From Nitrososphaerota archaeon (GTDB lineage: Archaea; Thermoproteota; EX4484-205; JAAOZP01): 64,000 nt of DNA. The stretch is from assembly GCA_011605725.1 (NCBI GenBank), contig JAAOZP010000003.1, forward strand, positions 1 through 64,000, written 5' to 3'. The position numbers were made by a program, and so were the translations under genes. A model generated the notes under the pieces. It was not told the origin of the DNA. It did no database searches and worked only from the letters and a program-made list of their open reading frames with translations. This document shows, piece after piece, positions 1 through 9,988 of the stretch (positions are counted from its first letter, which is position 1; each line of letters starts with the position of its first letter).

Positions 1-19
1 AGATGTGTATAAGAGACAG
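1..19 (+). other. Tn5/Nextera mosaic-end adapter (library artefact)
   Basis: Exact match to AGATGTGTATAAGAGACAG at position 1. Confidence 0.97.
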
Positions 20-411
20 TTCTCATACTCATAGGGTATTTTCTTGTAATACTCAACTTCAAAATCCCAATTCATGCTCTTAGCGAAAGCTTCTAAAGCT
101 CTTTTGTAGGATTGATTGTTTACAGCTAAGCGGAAAACATCTCGATGAATGAAATCATAGTTCCATATGCTTGCAGCTGTCTGTTTGATTATCACTTTAA
201 AACCCCTATCTTTTGCTAGGAATTCCCAAGCATCCCTGTAGCTTATTGGAATCCAGTACCAACCCCAAGTTACGCGCCTTATTCCATTGCTCTTACTTAA
301 CCTGTGCAAATATTCCTTAGCCCTTGGATGGATTTTTCGTATAGAGCTTAAGCTAAACAAGCTTCCAGACCATTCTTTTGCCAATCTAACTTTGAACTCA
401 TCTAAGTACAT
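20..411 (-). CDS. Partial CDS (3' end off contig), AbiEi-like/wHTH type IV antitoxin-like protein
   Basis: Not in ORF track. Manual translation MYLDEFKVRLAKEWSGSLFSLSSIRKIHPRAKEYLHRLSKSNGIRRVTWGWYWIP...KQTAASIWNYDF is open to the adapter; AGGTGA SD at 415-420; the YLHRL..IRRV..GWY pattern resembles the AbiEi N-terminal wHTH. Confidence 0.6.
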
Positions 412-705
412 AAGTCACCTTCAATATAAATTTGGCACACTACTATTTAAAGCTTCTGTACTATTCCCAAAATAGGAGAAGTCAAAAATCTTTAAAACTG
501 GCTAAATTAAGCCAACGCTAACGATTCTGTCTTTTGAATTCAATCAAATTATTTCCTATAGTTAAATTTCAGCCACTCGCTTGCAATTTTTGTGGTAAAA
601 AGAGGAAGAGCTATTTCTACCCCTAATTTCAAAACTCTTTTAATTGCCATGAAATACTGCGAATATTCTGGTTGTAATGAAAAAGCTGATGGAGTTTTGG
701 TGGGA

Positions 706-1424
706 TTAAAAACTACTACTGCTTGAAGCACTTGAAGAAGGTGAAAAGGAGGCTTGTTGGAATTTAGTGGTTTTAATGCGGGCAATCTCTGTTAGCCATT
801 TCCATAGAGGTGTGAGCCTGATTTTTCTATTTTCAAGCTTAAGCTCATCCTCATAGTTCCACGTTATAATGAGTAGATCGTTACATTTTAATTCTTTGCT
901 TGCTTTAATCAGAGGATTAGTCTCCTCTTTACTAACCTCGTCTCTTCCAGAAGCGTAGGTAACTTGGATCGTTTTTTATACGAGAACCTTCTTTCACAAC
1001 GAAGTCCACTTCGTTTCCCTGAGCATTTCTCCAGTAGAATAAGTCTTCATTCGGAACGAATCCATTCTTAACCAGCTCCAAGAATACAATGTTCTCCAGG
1101 AGCCTCCCGAGGTCTTCGCGTTCAACGTAAGTGTATATCGCATTATCCACTAAGTAGAATTTAGGCATGCTCAGCTCAACCTTCCTTTTGCTCCATTCAA
1201 ACTTCTTAAGGAAGAAACCGAAGTTAACATCCTCAACGATCTTTTGAAAAGCATATAGAGTCTTCTTGCTAATTTTTACTCCCTGAGACTTTAAGGAATT
1301 GAAGACTTTATGAACGGAGAAGAGCAAAGCATCCGAGGAGATGCAAGATTTTAAGAAAAGCTCGAGTGCATATCGATTTCTAATCCCAAACCTTTCTACA
1401 ACATCTTTATAAATAACGAGATCG
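706..1424 (-). pseudogene. AAA_14/DUF4143 ATP-binding protein, 5'-truncated and frameshifted
   Basis: LDLVIYKDVVERFGIRN...KFYLVDNA...LLENIVFLEL...EVDFVVK, frameshift near 975, then IQVTYASGRDE...IITWNYEDEL...PLWKWL. Same family as 36020 and 44928. The N-terminal ATPase half is absent and the reading ends at the palindrome at 1425. Confidence 0.85.
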
Positions 1425-1434
1425 AGCGCGCGCT
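1425..1434. repeat. AGCGCGCGCT palindrome at the junction of two truncated genes
   Basis: Member of the recurrent (T)AG(CG)nCT(A) family; coding fragments break on both sides. Confidence 0.8.
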
Positions 1435-1435
1435 A

Positions 1436-1963
1436 TACTATAAGGATCGGGAGGGAGTTGGGATTCACGAAGGTATTTGGGCTTCATGCATGAGCGGCTC
1501 CTTGGGAACAGCCATGCTGTGGTGGTGGGACGTCTATGTTGAGCCGTTCAACCTGTATTATCATTACGCGGCTTTAAGAAGGTTTCTGACGGGCGTCTGC
1601 TTCAGCAGAGCAGGGTTCACGGAGCTCGACTACAGGGTGGTTGAAAACGAGAAGGTTAACGCGTCGAATACTGGTTTCGAGGTTTTCGGCCTTAGAAACG
1701 GGACTTTCGCAATGGGCTGGGTGAGGAACAAGGATTACAACTGGTTTAACGCTGTTAACAACTATACTCTTAAAACGGTTGGAGGAGTCGACGTGGAGCT
1801 TCCGGGTTTCAACGCGGGAAGCTACTTGTTCGAAGTCTGGGATGCTTACTCCGAGGAGAAAACCTGGGCTACAAGAGTGGAGTCCTCTAACGGGAGGCTT
1901 ATAGTAGAAATCCCTTCTTTTCTTAAAGACGTGTCTTTTAAAATAATCATGGTTGGAAAATAA
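1436..1963 (+). pseudogene. C-terminal fragment of a glycoside hydrolase (DUF5060/GH5-like)
   Basis: Frame is open from the palindrome: YYKDREGVGIHEGIWASCMSGSLGTAMLWWWD...Y..Y.AL..F, followed by a beta-sandwich-like tail. Catalytic N-terminal part missing. Confidence 0.65.
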
Positions 1964-2018
1964 GGTGTTCCTAGAGCGCGAAGCTTTATAACGCTCAGGT
2001 GTTTCAACTTAACACAGC

Positions 2019-2486
2019 ATGAGGCAGCTTGTCGTCTATTATTCTAGAACTGGGACCACGAGAAAGATTGCGGAAGCCGTTGCGGAGGTTTTAAAATGTG
2101 ATGTTGAGGAAATCAGGGATTTGAAGAACAGGACTGGCCTATTAGGCTGGCTGAGTTCAGGAATGGATGCGACTTTAAAAAGGCTAACCAGGATAGAGAA
2201 GCCTGTTAATCCTCCTGAGCTCTTCGACGTTACGGTTATCGGCACTCCCGTATGGAACAGCACGATGTCTACACCCGTTAGAACATACATAGTGGAGTAT
2301 AGGGATCGGTTTAAGCAAGTCGCGTTCTTCTGCACTCAATACGGTTCCAGGAGCAGCGTGTTGAAAGAAATGGAAGACCTCTGCGGCAGGAAACCGGTTG
2401 CAACGCTCATGCTGAGGAAGAGACAGGTGGAAACCGGCGAGTACATTGACGCGGTTAGACAGTTCTGCGCGCAGATAACCCGGTAG
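2019..2486 (+). CDS. Flavodoxin family protein
   Basis: VVYYSRTGTT FMN loop, IGTPVW, VAFFCT. Confidence 0.9.
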   Translation: MRQLVVYYSRTGTTRKIAEAVAEVLKCDVEEIRDLKNRTGLLGWLSSGMDATLKRLTRIEKPVNPPELFDVTVIGTPVWNSTMSTPVRTYIVEYRDRFKQVAFFCTQYGSRSSVLKEMEDLCGRKPVATLMLRKRQVETGEYIDAVRQFCAQITR

Positions 2487-2553
2487 GAAAAACTGTGGTG
2501 GGAAGAATTAAGGCTGCACTCGCCGTGTTAGCACCTGTTTCCAGGCTAATGAC

Positions 2554-3003
2554 TTATTGCCAGCCGTATTTTTCAACCCTGTATTCTTCAACCGCGTTTA
2601 TCACGCTTTCCCTCAGCCTTATGGCTTGCTGTACTACTGTAAGCGGGATCACGTATATTTTACTCGGGTCCTCCGGGTCTGCGAATGAAACTATCTCCCC
2701 GTCGGAGTCCACTATTCTGAAAGGATAAGTCCATTCTACAACGCGCGTCTCTATCAGCATGCCGAACTGGTCGTAAATATTCTCTACCCTACTATCCTTC
2801 TCCTTAACTAGGAAGCCGTGTTCAACAAATATCTGCTTCATCCTTTCAGCATCCAGCTTGCTTGAGAAAGTGATGCTGAAGCATTCGAAGGTTTCTCTAG
2901 CAACCTCTTTAATCCCCCGGGGAAGCTCCCCAACGTATCTCGCTTTCCAGCGTGGAGCCTGGAAAAGAGCCTCCAACACTTGAAGGAGCAGCATAGTCTT
3001 CAA
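2554..3003 (-). CDS. Hypothetical protein
   Basis: 149-aa ORF with plausible composition; no motif recognised. Confidence 0.6.
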   Translation of the reverse strand: MKTMLLLQVLEALFQAPRWKARYVGELPRGIKEVARETFECFSITFSSKLDAERMKQIFVEHGFLVKEKDSRVENIYDQFGMLIETRVVEWTYPFRIVDSDGEIVSFADPEDPSKIYVIPLTVVQQAIRLRESVINAVEEYRVEKYGWQ

Positions 3004-3182
3004 TAGGAGTAGGCGCTAATATCTATTTTGATGAGGGGTAAACTGGTTTCTAGATGTTTTAAGCTTTGAAAGACGATTTTTAGCATCTGTTCCCGCTCTT
3101 ACGCGTCCCTTCAAAAAAATAGAGGAGGCCGTGTGAGGAGACTATGCGCGTTTAAAAATCTAAAGCATGCTGGGTAAAACCC

Positions 3183-4670
3183 TTAGGAGAGGAGGCGAAA
3201 CCCTTTCGCAACCCGTTCCACGAGGAAAATTACTGTTTTCAAGGAGATTTTTACGAACGGGTTTGTTTTGTTGAAATACCAGTTTGAAAGATCCTTTATC
3301 CATCGGAGGTCATGCTTCAAGCAAGCCTTCATCACTTCCAACTGTTCCCCATTGGGCTTAGCCCTATACCATTCTCCATTCTTAAGAACACCCATTGGCA
3401 CGAAATACATGGGTATTATCAGGCTTCTGAAATCTTTAAGCTCCTCTATAAGCTCAAGGGTTTTAACCAGGTCGTCAGGCTTCTCGTCAGGCATTCCGAT
3501 TATTATTGTTGCAGCAGGCACGACCCTAGATTCATGCATTATTGAGAAAGCGTCCTTCACGATGCTCGGCCAGGAGCCTGCAGGGTAGGGAGCAGCCTTC
3601 GCAGGCATTATTTTCTCAGCCAGCCTGGGAGACCCTGTTTCAATCCCTACTTCAACCCCTATGTAGTCATGCTCATCCTGAAGAATTATTTCAGATAGGC
3701 GTGTTATCAAAGAATAATTTTCCTCAGCATACTTTACTGCGGAGAGACTCACGTGGCTCCATCCGACAACCTTGAAAAACTGCCTAGCCGTTTGATGCAG
3801 CCTTATCAACGGCTCAGGCCTGGGTTTAACCCCGTCAGCCCCATACAGTAGAATGTCTTCAGCGTGCAGTAGGCACCTGTCTAGTCCACAGGCCTTGTTC
3901 ACCCTAAGCTCCTTCTCAACCATTTCAAGAGGATACTGCCTCAAGGGTCTCAGGGTTACTGAGCAGAACCTGCAGCCTCTTGGACAGCCCCTCATTATTT
4001 CAACCAGCCCGTTTACAGACGCGTTTTTAATCACAGGAATCTCGTTTAGCACAGGAGTATCCTGGATACCGACGTGCACATATCGTGGAAGAGGCTTGCC
4101 TTCAAGCGCGTCCTGCACGAGTGAAACAATGATTTTCTCAGCCTCTCCCTCGACAACCGTGTCCACCCCCCATTTCTCAGCGTAATCAGGCATCCAGAGC
4201 CATTGCCATGCAGCAGGACCGCCGACGATTATCTTAAGTCCGTTTTTCTTAGCCATCCTTACCTCAGGCTTCTCCATGAATTTCCTGAAACACTTGGAGT
4301 TAACCGGCTCCCTCCCGGTTAGAACCCACCATTCGCTGCTCGGAGGCCCAAGCGCAAAATAATCGTGATGACCTATTCCAAGGACCTTAGCGTTTTTCAA
4401 GTGTTTCCCAAGATAATCCGGGTCTATTACAGCAGCCTTAATACCGGCGTCAAGCAGCGCAGCCTCTATTTTCCTAAGCCCGTAAGGAGCTTCTAAAGGC
4501 CTTCCTAAATCATCCACCCTCATCCTTGGAGCCGCTACAGCCATCCAGATTTTCTCAGGAACCATAACCGGCGGGCCGGTTGCCAGAAAGCCCAGGAACT
4601 CTTTACCGTGATGGTTAGTCATGAGGGTTCTGTCGACGGAAAGCACAACGTCGAAGCGCTCGTCAACCAT
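3183..4670 (-). CDS. B12-binding-domain radical SAM protein
   Basis: APYGLRKIEAAL, IIVGGP, GEAE, RGCPRGCRFC (CxxxCxxC), GIETGS. Confidence 0.9.
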   Translation of the reverse strand: MVDERFDVVLSVDRTLMTNHHGKEFLGFLATGPPVMVPEKIWMAVAAPRMRVDDLGRPLEAPYGLRKIEAALLDAGIKAAVIDPDYLGKHLKNAKVLGIGHHDYFALGPPSSEWWVLTGREPVNSKCFRKFMEKPEVRMAKKNGLKIIVGGPAAWQWLWMPDYAEKWGVDTVVEGEAEKIIVSLVQDALEGKPLPRYVHVGIQDTPVLNEIPVIKNASVNGLVEIMRGCPRGCRFCSVTLRPLRQYPLEMVEKELRVNKACGLDRCLLHAEDILLYGADGVKPRPEPLIRLHQTARQFFKVVGWSHVSLSAVKYAEENYSLITRLSEIILQDEHDYIGVEVGIETGSPRLAEKIMPAKAAPYPAGSWPSIVKDAFSIMHESRVVPAATIIIGMPDEKPDDLVKTLELIEELKDFRSLIIPMYFVPMGVLKNGEWYRAKPNGEQLEVMKACLKHDLRWIKDLSNWYFNKTNPFVKISLKTVIFLVERVAKGFRLLS

Positions 4671-4671
4671 C

Positions 4672-4929
4672 CTACGGCACCGTTACCTCCTCATCGTAAG
4701 CCTCTGAAACCATGTTTTCACCGTCGTAAACCACTATCGTCGCCCAAACATTCTTGTTTGAAAGAGGCCTAATCGCCTCCAGAAGTTCACCCTGCTTAAA
4801 ACCATGCATATGAATAGTTATTTGCCTGTATCTCGTAAGCAGGGGAGCAATTCTCTCTACAAGCCCACCGGGATCTTCTAAAAACCCTTCTCTCCTAACG
4901 GTAACGTGAAGCCTTCTATCAGGATTCAC
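4672..4929 (-). CDS. Hypothetical small protein
   Basis: 85 aa, abuts both neighbours (operon-like). Confidence 0.65.
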   Translation of the reverse strand: MNPDRRLHVTVRREGFLEDPGGLVERIAPLLTRYRQITIHMHGFKQGELLEAIRPLSNKNVWATIVVYDGENMVSEAYDEEVTVP

Positions 4930-5340
4930 TTAAACCACCTCCTCCAAGATCCTTTCGAAACGCTGCATCACCTTATACTTCACGTAATCCTTGATGAGCT
5001 GAGGAGCCTCCTCTTCAACAAGCCTCCTGTAAGTCGTAATGTATTTTAAAGCGATTCTCGCAGCCTCCCTTCTACTGATCCTCCTTTCCAACCGGTCTTC
5101 ATGAATCCTTTCCAAAACATTCATCACAATGCTTTCAACCATTATTATCTTCCTCTGCCTATGGTTCGGATCCCTAGATATCTTCAAAACACCTTTTCGC
5201 GAAAGATTCCGAACCTCTCTGGAAAGCACTACTCTCGAGAGTTTCCCCCTGAGTCTCTCAGCAAGCCTGTTGAAAGAGGTTCCGCCAGGATGGTTTGCAA
5301 CCTCGTCTATTATCCTTCCGTGAACGTGGGTGAAACTCAT
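4930..5340 (-). CDS. Winged-helix (MarR-like) transcriptional regulator
   Basis: SFNRLAERL..KLSRVVLSREVRNL..KGVL...RDPNHRQRKII. Confidence 0.75.
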   Translation of the reverse strand: MSFTHVHGRIIDEVANHPGGTSFNRLAERLRGKLSRVVLSREVRNLSRKGVLKISRDPNHRQRKIIMVESIVMNVLERIHEDRLERRISRREAARIALKYITTYRRLVEEEAPQLIKDYVKYKVMQRFERILEEVV

Positions 5341-5473
5341 GATTGAAAAACCAGTATGGCTTATGAACCGGTATTTAAATATATCGGTTTAGAACGATTT
5401 ATCCAGAAAATCCCGATTTAACACTCAACGGTTTCAGGAACAGCAGAAACCTACGCATAAGCTTCAGCCTGCG

Positions 5474-6922
5474 TCAACGGTTAAGCCTGACAACGTTTAC
5501 AGAATGAGGCTTCAACAGGATGCTTACCCTGCCGTCGAGCACATCAACCCCGGTCTGTTCTATTCCAACCCTATCCGGCTCCTCAAGCGTATTCCTGTCT
5601 TCAACCGATTCTCCTGCGATAAACTGTTGCAAACCGCTTTTCGGAGTAAACCCTTTAAAATCAACCTGGAGCTCAACAATATCAGTCTCGCTCCTGTTTA
5701 AAACATGTAGGAATATTGTTTCCCCGTCTTTCGAAACTGTCGCAGAAGCATCCACATACGGCACGTATCCACCGGCCTCAGTAGACATGTAATGCTCAGA
5801 ATCAACCAGCGTCCTGAGAACACTACAACCCTTATTGCCACCGTAAATCTTGAAAACAAAGTATTGCGGAGTAAGAACCATCCGGCCGTCTGAAGCAGCT
5901 ATTATGAGTGGAAGAACGTTAACAGTCTGGGCGAAACTACTTATCGGAACAATGTTGCAGAGTCTCTGAAGCGCGTTCAGAATCCCTCCTGTGAAAACAG
6001 CATCCCTAACCCGTGTAACCTGCGTTATAAGAGGCTCCTTAGCCTCAGGATACCAGACGTTCCACTCGTCAAAAGCTATTTTTATCTCCCGCTTCACACC
6101 ATGCTTTCTTCTAACCGCCTCAACAAGGCTGTAGACGTTCCTCAGCATCTGCTCAACATGTATTGGAGTAGCCACCAGCTCCCTGTACGGTTTACTCCCG
6201 GCAGCATAATAGTGGATTGAAAGATAGTCGAAGCATTTCCCAGCTTCCTTAACCATCTCCATGTTCCACTCAGGATCCTCACAGCCAACAGCCACCAGCT
6301 CTATACTCGGGTCAACCTTGCGCATCTCGTTCGCAAACTCAAGAGTCCTCCTGGCGCACTCAGAACCATCCCTGCAGAACCCTATCTGCCATTCCCCGTA
6401 AAGCTCATTACCTATTCCCCAGAGCCTTACTCTATAAGGCTCCTCGTGACCATACTTGCGTCTCAGCGAGGCATAGTGCGTAGCCCCGTTTAAATTACAG
6501 TACTCCACCCATCGAGCAGCCTCCTCGGGAGTACCGTTCCCAGCGTTGACAACTATGAATGGTTCCGCACCTATCAGCCTGCACCAATCTATGAACTCAT
6601 CCGTCCCGAAGAAATTAGGCTCTTCAGCCATCCAAGCCATGTCGAAACGCCTCGGCCTCTGGCTTAAAGGCCCCACACCATCCTCCCAATGGTAGCCGCT
6701 TGAAAAATTCCCACCCGGCCATCTTACAAGAGGAGGATTCAAATCTTTAACAGCATTTAGAACATCAAGGCGATAACCATTCTCATTAGGTATTTTAGAA
6801 TCCCTACCGACCCAAATGCCTCCGTAAATGCATTCGCCCAAGTGTTCAATAAACTGGCCGTAGCACCTCTCGCTAAGAATCCCAACCGGCGTCGTCGCAT
6901 CAATAATCACCCTGCTCTTCAA
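5474..6922 (-). CDS. abfA: Alpha-L-arabinofuranosidase, GH51
   Basis: GQFIEHLGECIYGG, RWPGGNF, FGTDEF, WGIGNE (acid/base), FDEWNVW (nucleophile), AQTVNV. Confidence 0.93.
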   Translation of the reverse strand: MKSRVIIDATTPVGILSERCYGQFIEHLGECIYGGIWVGRDSKIPNENGYRLDVLNAVKDLNPPLVRWPGGNFSSGYHWEDGVGPLSQRPRRFDMAWMAEEPNFFGTDEFIDWCRLIGAEPFIVVNAGNGTPEEAARWVEYCNLNGATHYASLRRKYGHEEPYRVRLWGIGNELYGEWQIGFCRDGSECARRTLEFANEMRKVDPSIELVAVGCEDPEWNMEMVKEAGKCFDYLSIHYYAAGSKPYRELVATPIHVEQMLRNVYSLVEAVRRKHGVKREIKIAFDEWNVWYPEAKEPLITQVTRVRDAVFTGGILNALQRLCNIVPISSFAQTVNVLPLIIAASDGRMVLTPQYFVFKIYGGNKGCSVLRTLVDSEHYMSTEAGGYVPYVDASATVSKDGETIFLHVLNRSETDIVELQVDFKGFTPKSGLQQFIAGESVEDRNTLEEPDRVGIEQTGVDVLDGRVSILLKPHSVNVVRLNR

Positions 6923-7024
6923 ACATATTCACCCTGAAGTAGAGGCTGAGCAACATTAATAAAAATATTTCAGACTGATGGAAAGAACATGGAAAAGCGA
7001 AACATGCATAGCCTATTTCCTCTT

Positions 7025-7654
7025 CTAGAAAGTTTTAGACTCGAAATATTTCTCCAACAGCTTACGGATGCCGCTTCTAGTTATTTCAGAGAAGGTTGAA
7101 GGAACTATTCCAAGCATTTTAGCAAGCTCCCTGGTGCTGACTTTCCTCGGAGTGTCGAAGTAGCCCATTTTCAAGGAAAGCCAGAGAGCATTCTCCTGCT
7201 TCTCGGTTAAAACCCCTTCCCTGTGCTCCTGCCTGGTTAAGCCTAGGACCTTAAGCTTAAAACCGAGAGACTCCAATGTCGATATTATTTGTTTAAAAAC
7301 ATCGTAGCCTGGTGCTATAAACTCGTAGACCATCCGGTACCCTTCAACATGCCTGCCTGAAATAAGGAAGGCTCCTTGGGAAAGCATTGTGTTGCAAACA
7401 CTACACCCGTCTGTTTTAAAGGAGGCAAGTACCGAGCTCTTCGAACCTTTCAAAATCTTAAGGTTCTTCAAAGAGGCCTTTTTAAGCTCGCCGGCTGGAA
7501 ATTGAACCAGGTGTCTCACAGAGCCTTCAGGCAGTCTCCTGACATCGATAAGCCTGCAATCGTTAACGCCGAGCTTAAACATGAGCTGCAAGCCCTTGCA
7601 CTGACTGTTCTCAACCTCAAGAGTCACATGGTACAGTGTTTGTTCAAGAGCCAT
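7025..7654 (-). CDS. Bacterio-opsin-activator-type (HTH_10) regulator
   Basis: C-terminal LTEKQ..AL...GYFDTPRKVSTRELAKMLGI.PST.SE..R. Confidence 0.88.
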   Translation of the reverse strand: MALEQTLYHVTLEVENSQCKGLQLMFKLGVNDCRLIDVRRLPEGSVRHLVQFPAGELKKASLKNLKILKGSKSSVLASFKTDGCSVCNTMLSQGAFLISGRHVEGYRMVYEFIAPGYDVFKQIISTLESLGFKLKVLGLTRQEHREGVLTEKQENALWLSLKMGYFDTPRKVSTRELAKMLGIVPSTFSEITRSGIRKLLEKYFESKTF

Positions 7655-7776
7655 TCAGCCCACCTTCACCAGAATAACTGTTAAAATCGTATTAAAACCT
7701 ATCTGGCGCGGGTAGAAGGTTTCCAAAGGCATTAAGTTTAATCTTTAAATACGCGCGTCGGAAACGTAGGCTGAAA

Positions 7777-8418
7777 ATGCTGAAAACCATCCTCGCAGCC
7801 CAGCAATGCTTAGAATGGATGGAGCAGCTTGCCTATCAATACGGGTATTTAGGGGTGTTTATCTTATCGTTCACAGGAGCCGTATCCATCATCATCCCCA
7901 TACCGTACACTGTCGTAATCTACCTGATGGGCTCCATCATAGATCCTTTCCTGATAGCTGTCTCAGGAGGATTAGGCTCAGCCCTGGGAGAGCTAGTAGG
8001 CTACGTTCTGGGATACTGCGGCAGGAAGCTGATAAGCCAGGAGCATAAGAGGAAGATGGATTACATGCTTAAAATATTCAGCCGTTACGGTGCTGTAACA
8101 ATATTCCTGTTTGCACTCACACCCCTGCCCGACGACCTGCTGATAATTCCGCTCGGCATAATGCGCTACAACCCAGTTAAGATCCTCATACCCTGCGTCC
8201 TGGGTAAAACCCTTATGTGCCTCATACTGGCGCTTGGAGGAAGGTTTTCAATAAGCCTGGTTAAAAGCCTTTTCGGAGGGGAGGGGGGATGGGCTGCAAC
8301 CCTAGCATCCTTCCTGCTCCTAGCTGGAATCATAATAGTGATGATGAAGATAGACTGGGAGGAAGTCTTCTTCAAATACGTGGAGAAGCGGGGGAAAGCA
8401 CAGGGTCAAAATAATTAA
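7777..8418 (+). CDS. DedA/VTT (SNARE-associated) membrane protein
   Basis: YGYLGVF...PIPY...GSALGE.VGY.LG...FALTPLPDD...GK. Confidence 0.88.
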   Translation: MLKTILAAQQCLEWMEQLAYQYGYLGVFILSFTGAVSIIIPIPYTVVIYLMGSIIDPFLIAVSGGLGSALGELVGYVLGYCGRKLISQEHKRKMDYMLKIFSRYGAVTIFLFALTPLPDDLLIIPLGIMRYNPVKILIPCVLGKTLMCLILALGGRFSISLVKSLFGGEGGWAATLASFLLLAGIIIVMMKIDWEEVFFKYVEKRGKAQGQNN

Positions 8419-8445
8419 ATAAGGGCTTGAAGCCACTAGTGTTCA

Positions 8446-9360
8446 ATGGAAAACTTTGAAAAGGAATACTGGCTTGAAGTTGAGCTGCAACACCCTAAAG
8501 GATGGGTGTTGGCGGCGGAATCCGGAGGAATATTAGACGGGTATTTCAGAGTAGACTCGAAAACAGCCGCTAAGCTTGAAGTCAAATGGGAGAAACAGGC
8601 GTCTGAGGGGAAGGCGAGGTCTAAAGTGCAGCCGATGGTTGTGATAAACAGGTTTATCGAAGACTATATGAAGCGGACTGGCGCGCGCTCTAAGATTAAG
8701 GCTGAAGTATACGAGCGTGGAAACGCGAATATCTGTGAGCATAATGCTTATTTCGCAAGATGGCGGGGAATCGGAGACGTAGCTACTCTCTCCTGGGTGT
8801 GTGAAGACGAGAACAAGGTTTTCCTCGTCAACTACTATCTGGAGCCGGGTGAGAAATGGGAGGATGTTGCAGGATGGCTGATCCCCGGGCTCGTATGCCA
8901 TACTTCGGAGAAATTCTGGAGGTACCGGCTTATCGGCGTGGAGTTTAAAATACCTAAGGGCTATGCTCTCCAAACCAGGAGGCTGCTGCTAGGCAGGCCG
9001 GTGGCCGTCTTCAAAGCAGGGGAGAAAACACTGTTGATCCACTGGTCAACCTTCGCCAGAGAAATCCTTGCCAAGTATAAGAGTCTTGTAGAATGGGCTA
9101 AGAAAGAGGCTCCGAAGGAAGTCGGCAGCGTCATGAAAGGGTTAAAGTACGACATGCTTAAGCCAGACGAGAAGACGGGGAAAATGGTTGTGGAGGAAAC
9201 TGGGAGAACATTCTTCGGCGGCAGGACGACTGTTAAAACGTTAAGAATCTGGCATGACTCAGGCTCCAACAGAATATTCTTAACAGGCTACTCAGGTCCC
9301 AGGGATAGCATGACCGACCTTGAGGAGCTTGAGAAAAGCATAGTGTTTAAGCCTGACTAG
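8446..9360 (+). CDS. Hypothetical protein (two repeated alpha/beta domains), co-transcribed with the PqqD gene
   Basis: 304-aa ORF; LEVELQHPKGW and IGVEFKIPKGY look like internal repeats; 10 bp from the next gene. Confidence 0.75.
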   Translation: MENFEKEYWLEVELQHPKGWVLAAESGGILDGYFRVDSKTAAKLEVKWEKQASEGKARSKVQPMVVINRFIEDYMKRTGARSKIKAEVYERGNANICEHNAYFARWRGIGDVATLSWVCEDENKVFLVNYYLEPGEKWEDVAGWLIPGLVCHTSEKFWRYRLIGVEFKIPKGYALQTRRLLLGRPVAVFKAGEKTLLIHWSTFAREILAKYKSLVEWAKKEAPKEVGSVMKGLKYDMLKPDEKTGKMVVEETGRTFFGGRTTVKTLRIWHDSGSNRIFLTGYSGPRDSMTDLEELEKSIVFKPD

Positions 9361-9370
9361 GTGAATAAGA

Positions 9371-9940
9371 ATGCCTCTGTTTGGAAGAAAAAAGAAGGAG
9401 CCTCCAAGGGTTTCGCCGGAGAGGCTTTACAGGAGCATACCTATCGTAAGCCCGGTGGTGAAGCATGAGGAGGATGCTGACGGCATCGTCACAATCCTTA
9501 TTCCCATTCGAACCGGCGACCCTAAGAATCCTGAAAGAACAGCGAGAATAAGGCTTGACGAAATAGGAAGCAAGGTTTGGAAGAAAATAGATGGGAAAAC
9601 ACCGCTTAACGAAATAGTCCAGTGGATGAAGCAGGAATTCATGTTGACGGAGAGAGAGGCAGAGGTCTCGCTGTCAATGTTCATGAAAAGCCTTGTCGAC
9701 AAGAAGCTTGTGGCACTCGCCCTGCCGCCGCCAAAACCAGGAACACCCGAGGTTCAGGAGGAGATTGAAAGAATAAGGTTTGAAATAGAGGAGCTTGAAA
9801 AAGCCTTTAAAAAGAAGAAGGTTGATGAGAAAACATTCAGAGAGCTTAAGGAGAAATACGAGCAGGCGATTAGAGAGCTTAAGGAGAAGGAGGCTGCTGA
9901 AACCAAGCCCCCGGATAAAACACAGGTTAAGCCAAGCTGA
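9371..9940 (+). CDS. PqqD-family (RRE-like) protein with C-terminal coiled coil
   Basis: IRLDEIGSKVWKKIDGKTPLNEIV......F.L...EAEVSL..FMKSL..K.LV; GGTGA SD. Confidence 0.8.
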   Translation: MPLFGRKKKEPPRVSPERLYRSIPIVSPVVKHEEDADGIVTILIPIRTGDPKNPERTARIRLDEIGSKVWKKIDGKTPLNEIVQWMKQEFMLTEREAEVSLSMFMKSLVDKKLVALALPPPKPGTPEVQEEIERIRFEIEELEKAFKKKKVDEKTFRELKEKYEQAIRELKEKEAAETKPPDKTQVKPS

Positions 9941-9988
9941 CGCGCTGCTTATCGAAGCGCTTATTTAGCTTTTCAACATTCCTCTACC

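Noticed and set aside
287-785. ORF-track calls 287-475 (+) and 549-785 (-)
   Set aside because: The first is antisense to the real partial gene 20-411. The second overlaps the pseudogene tail in another frame and has no motif.
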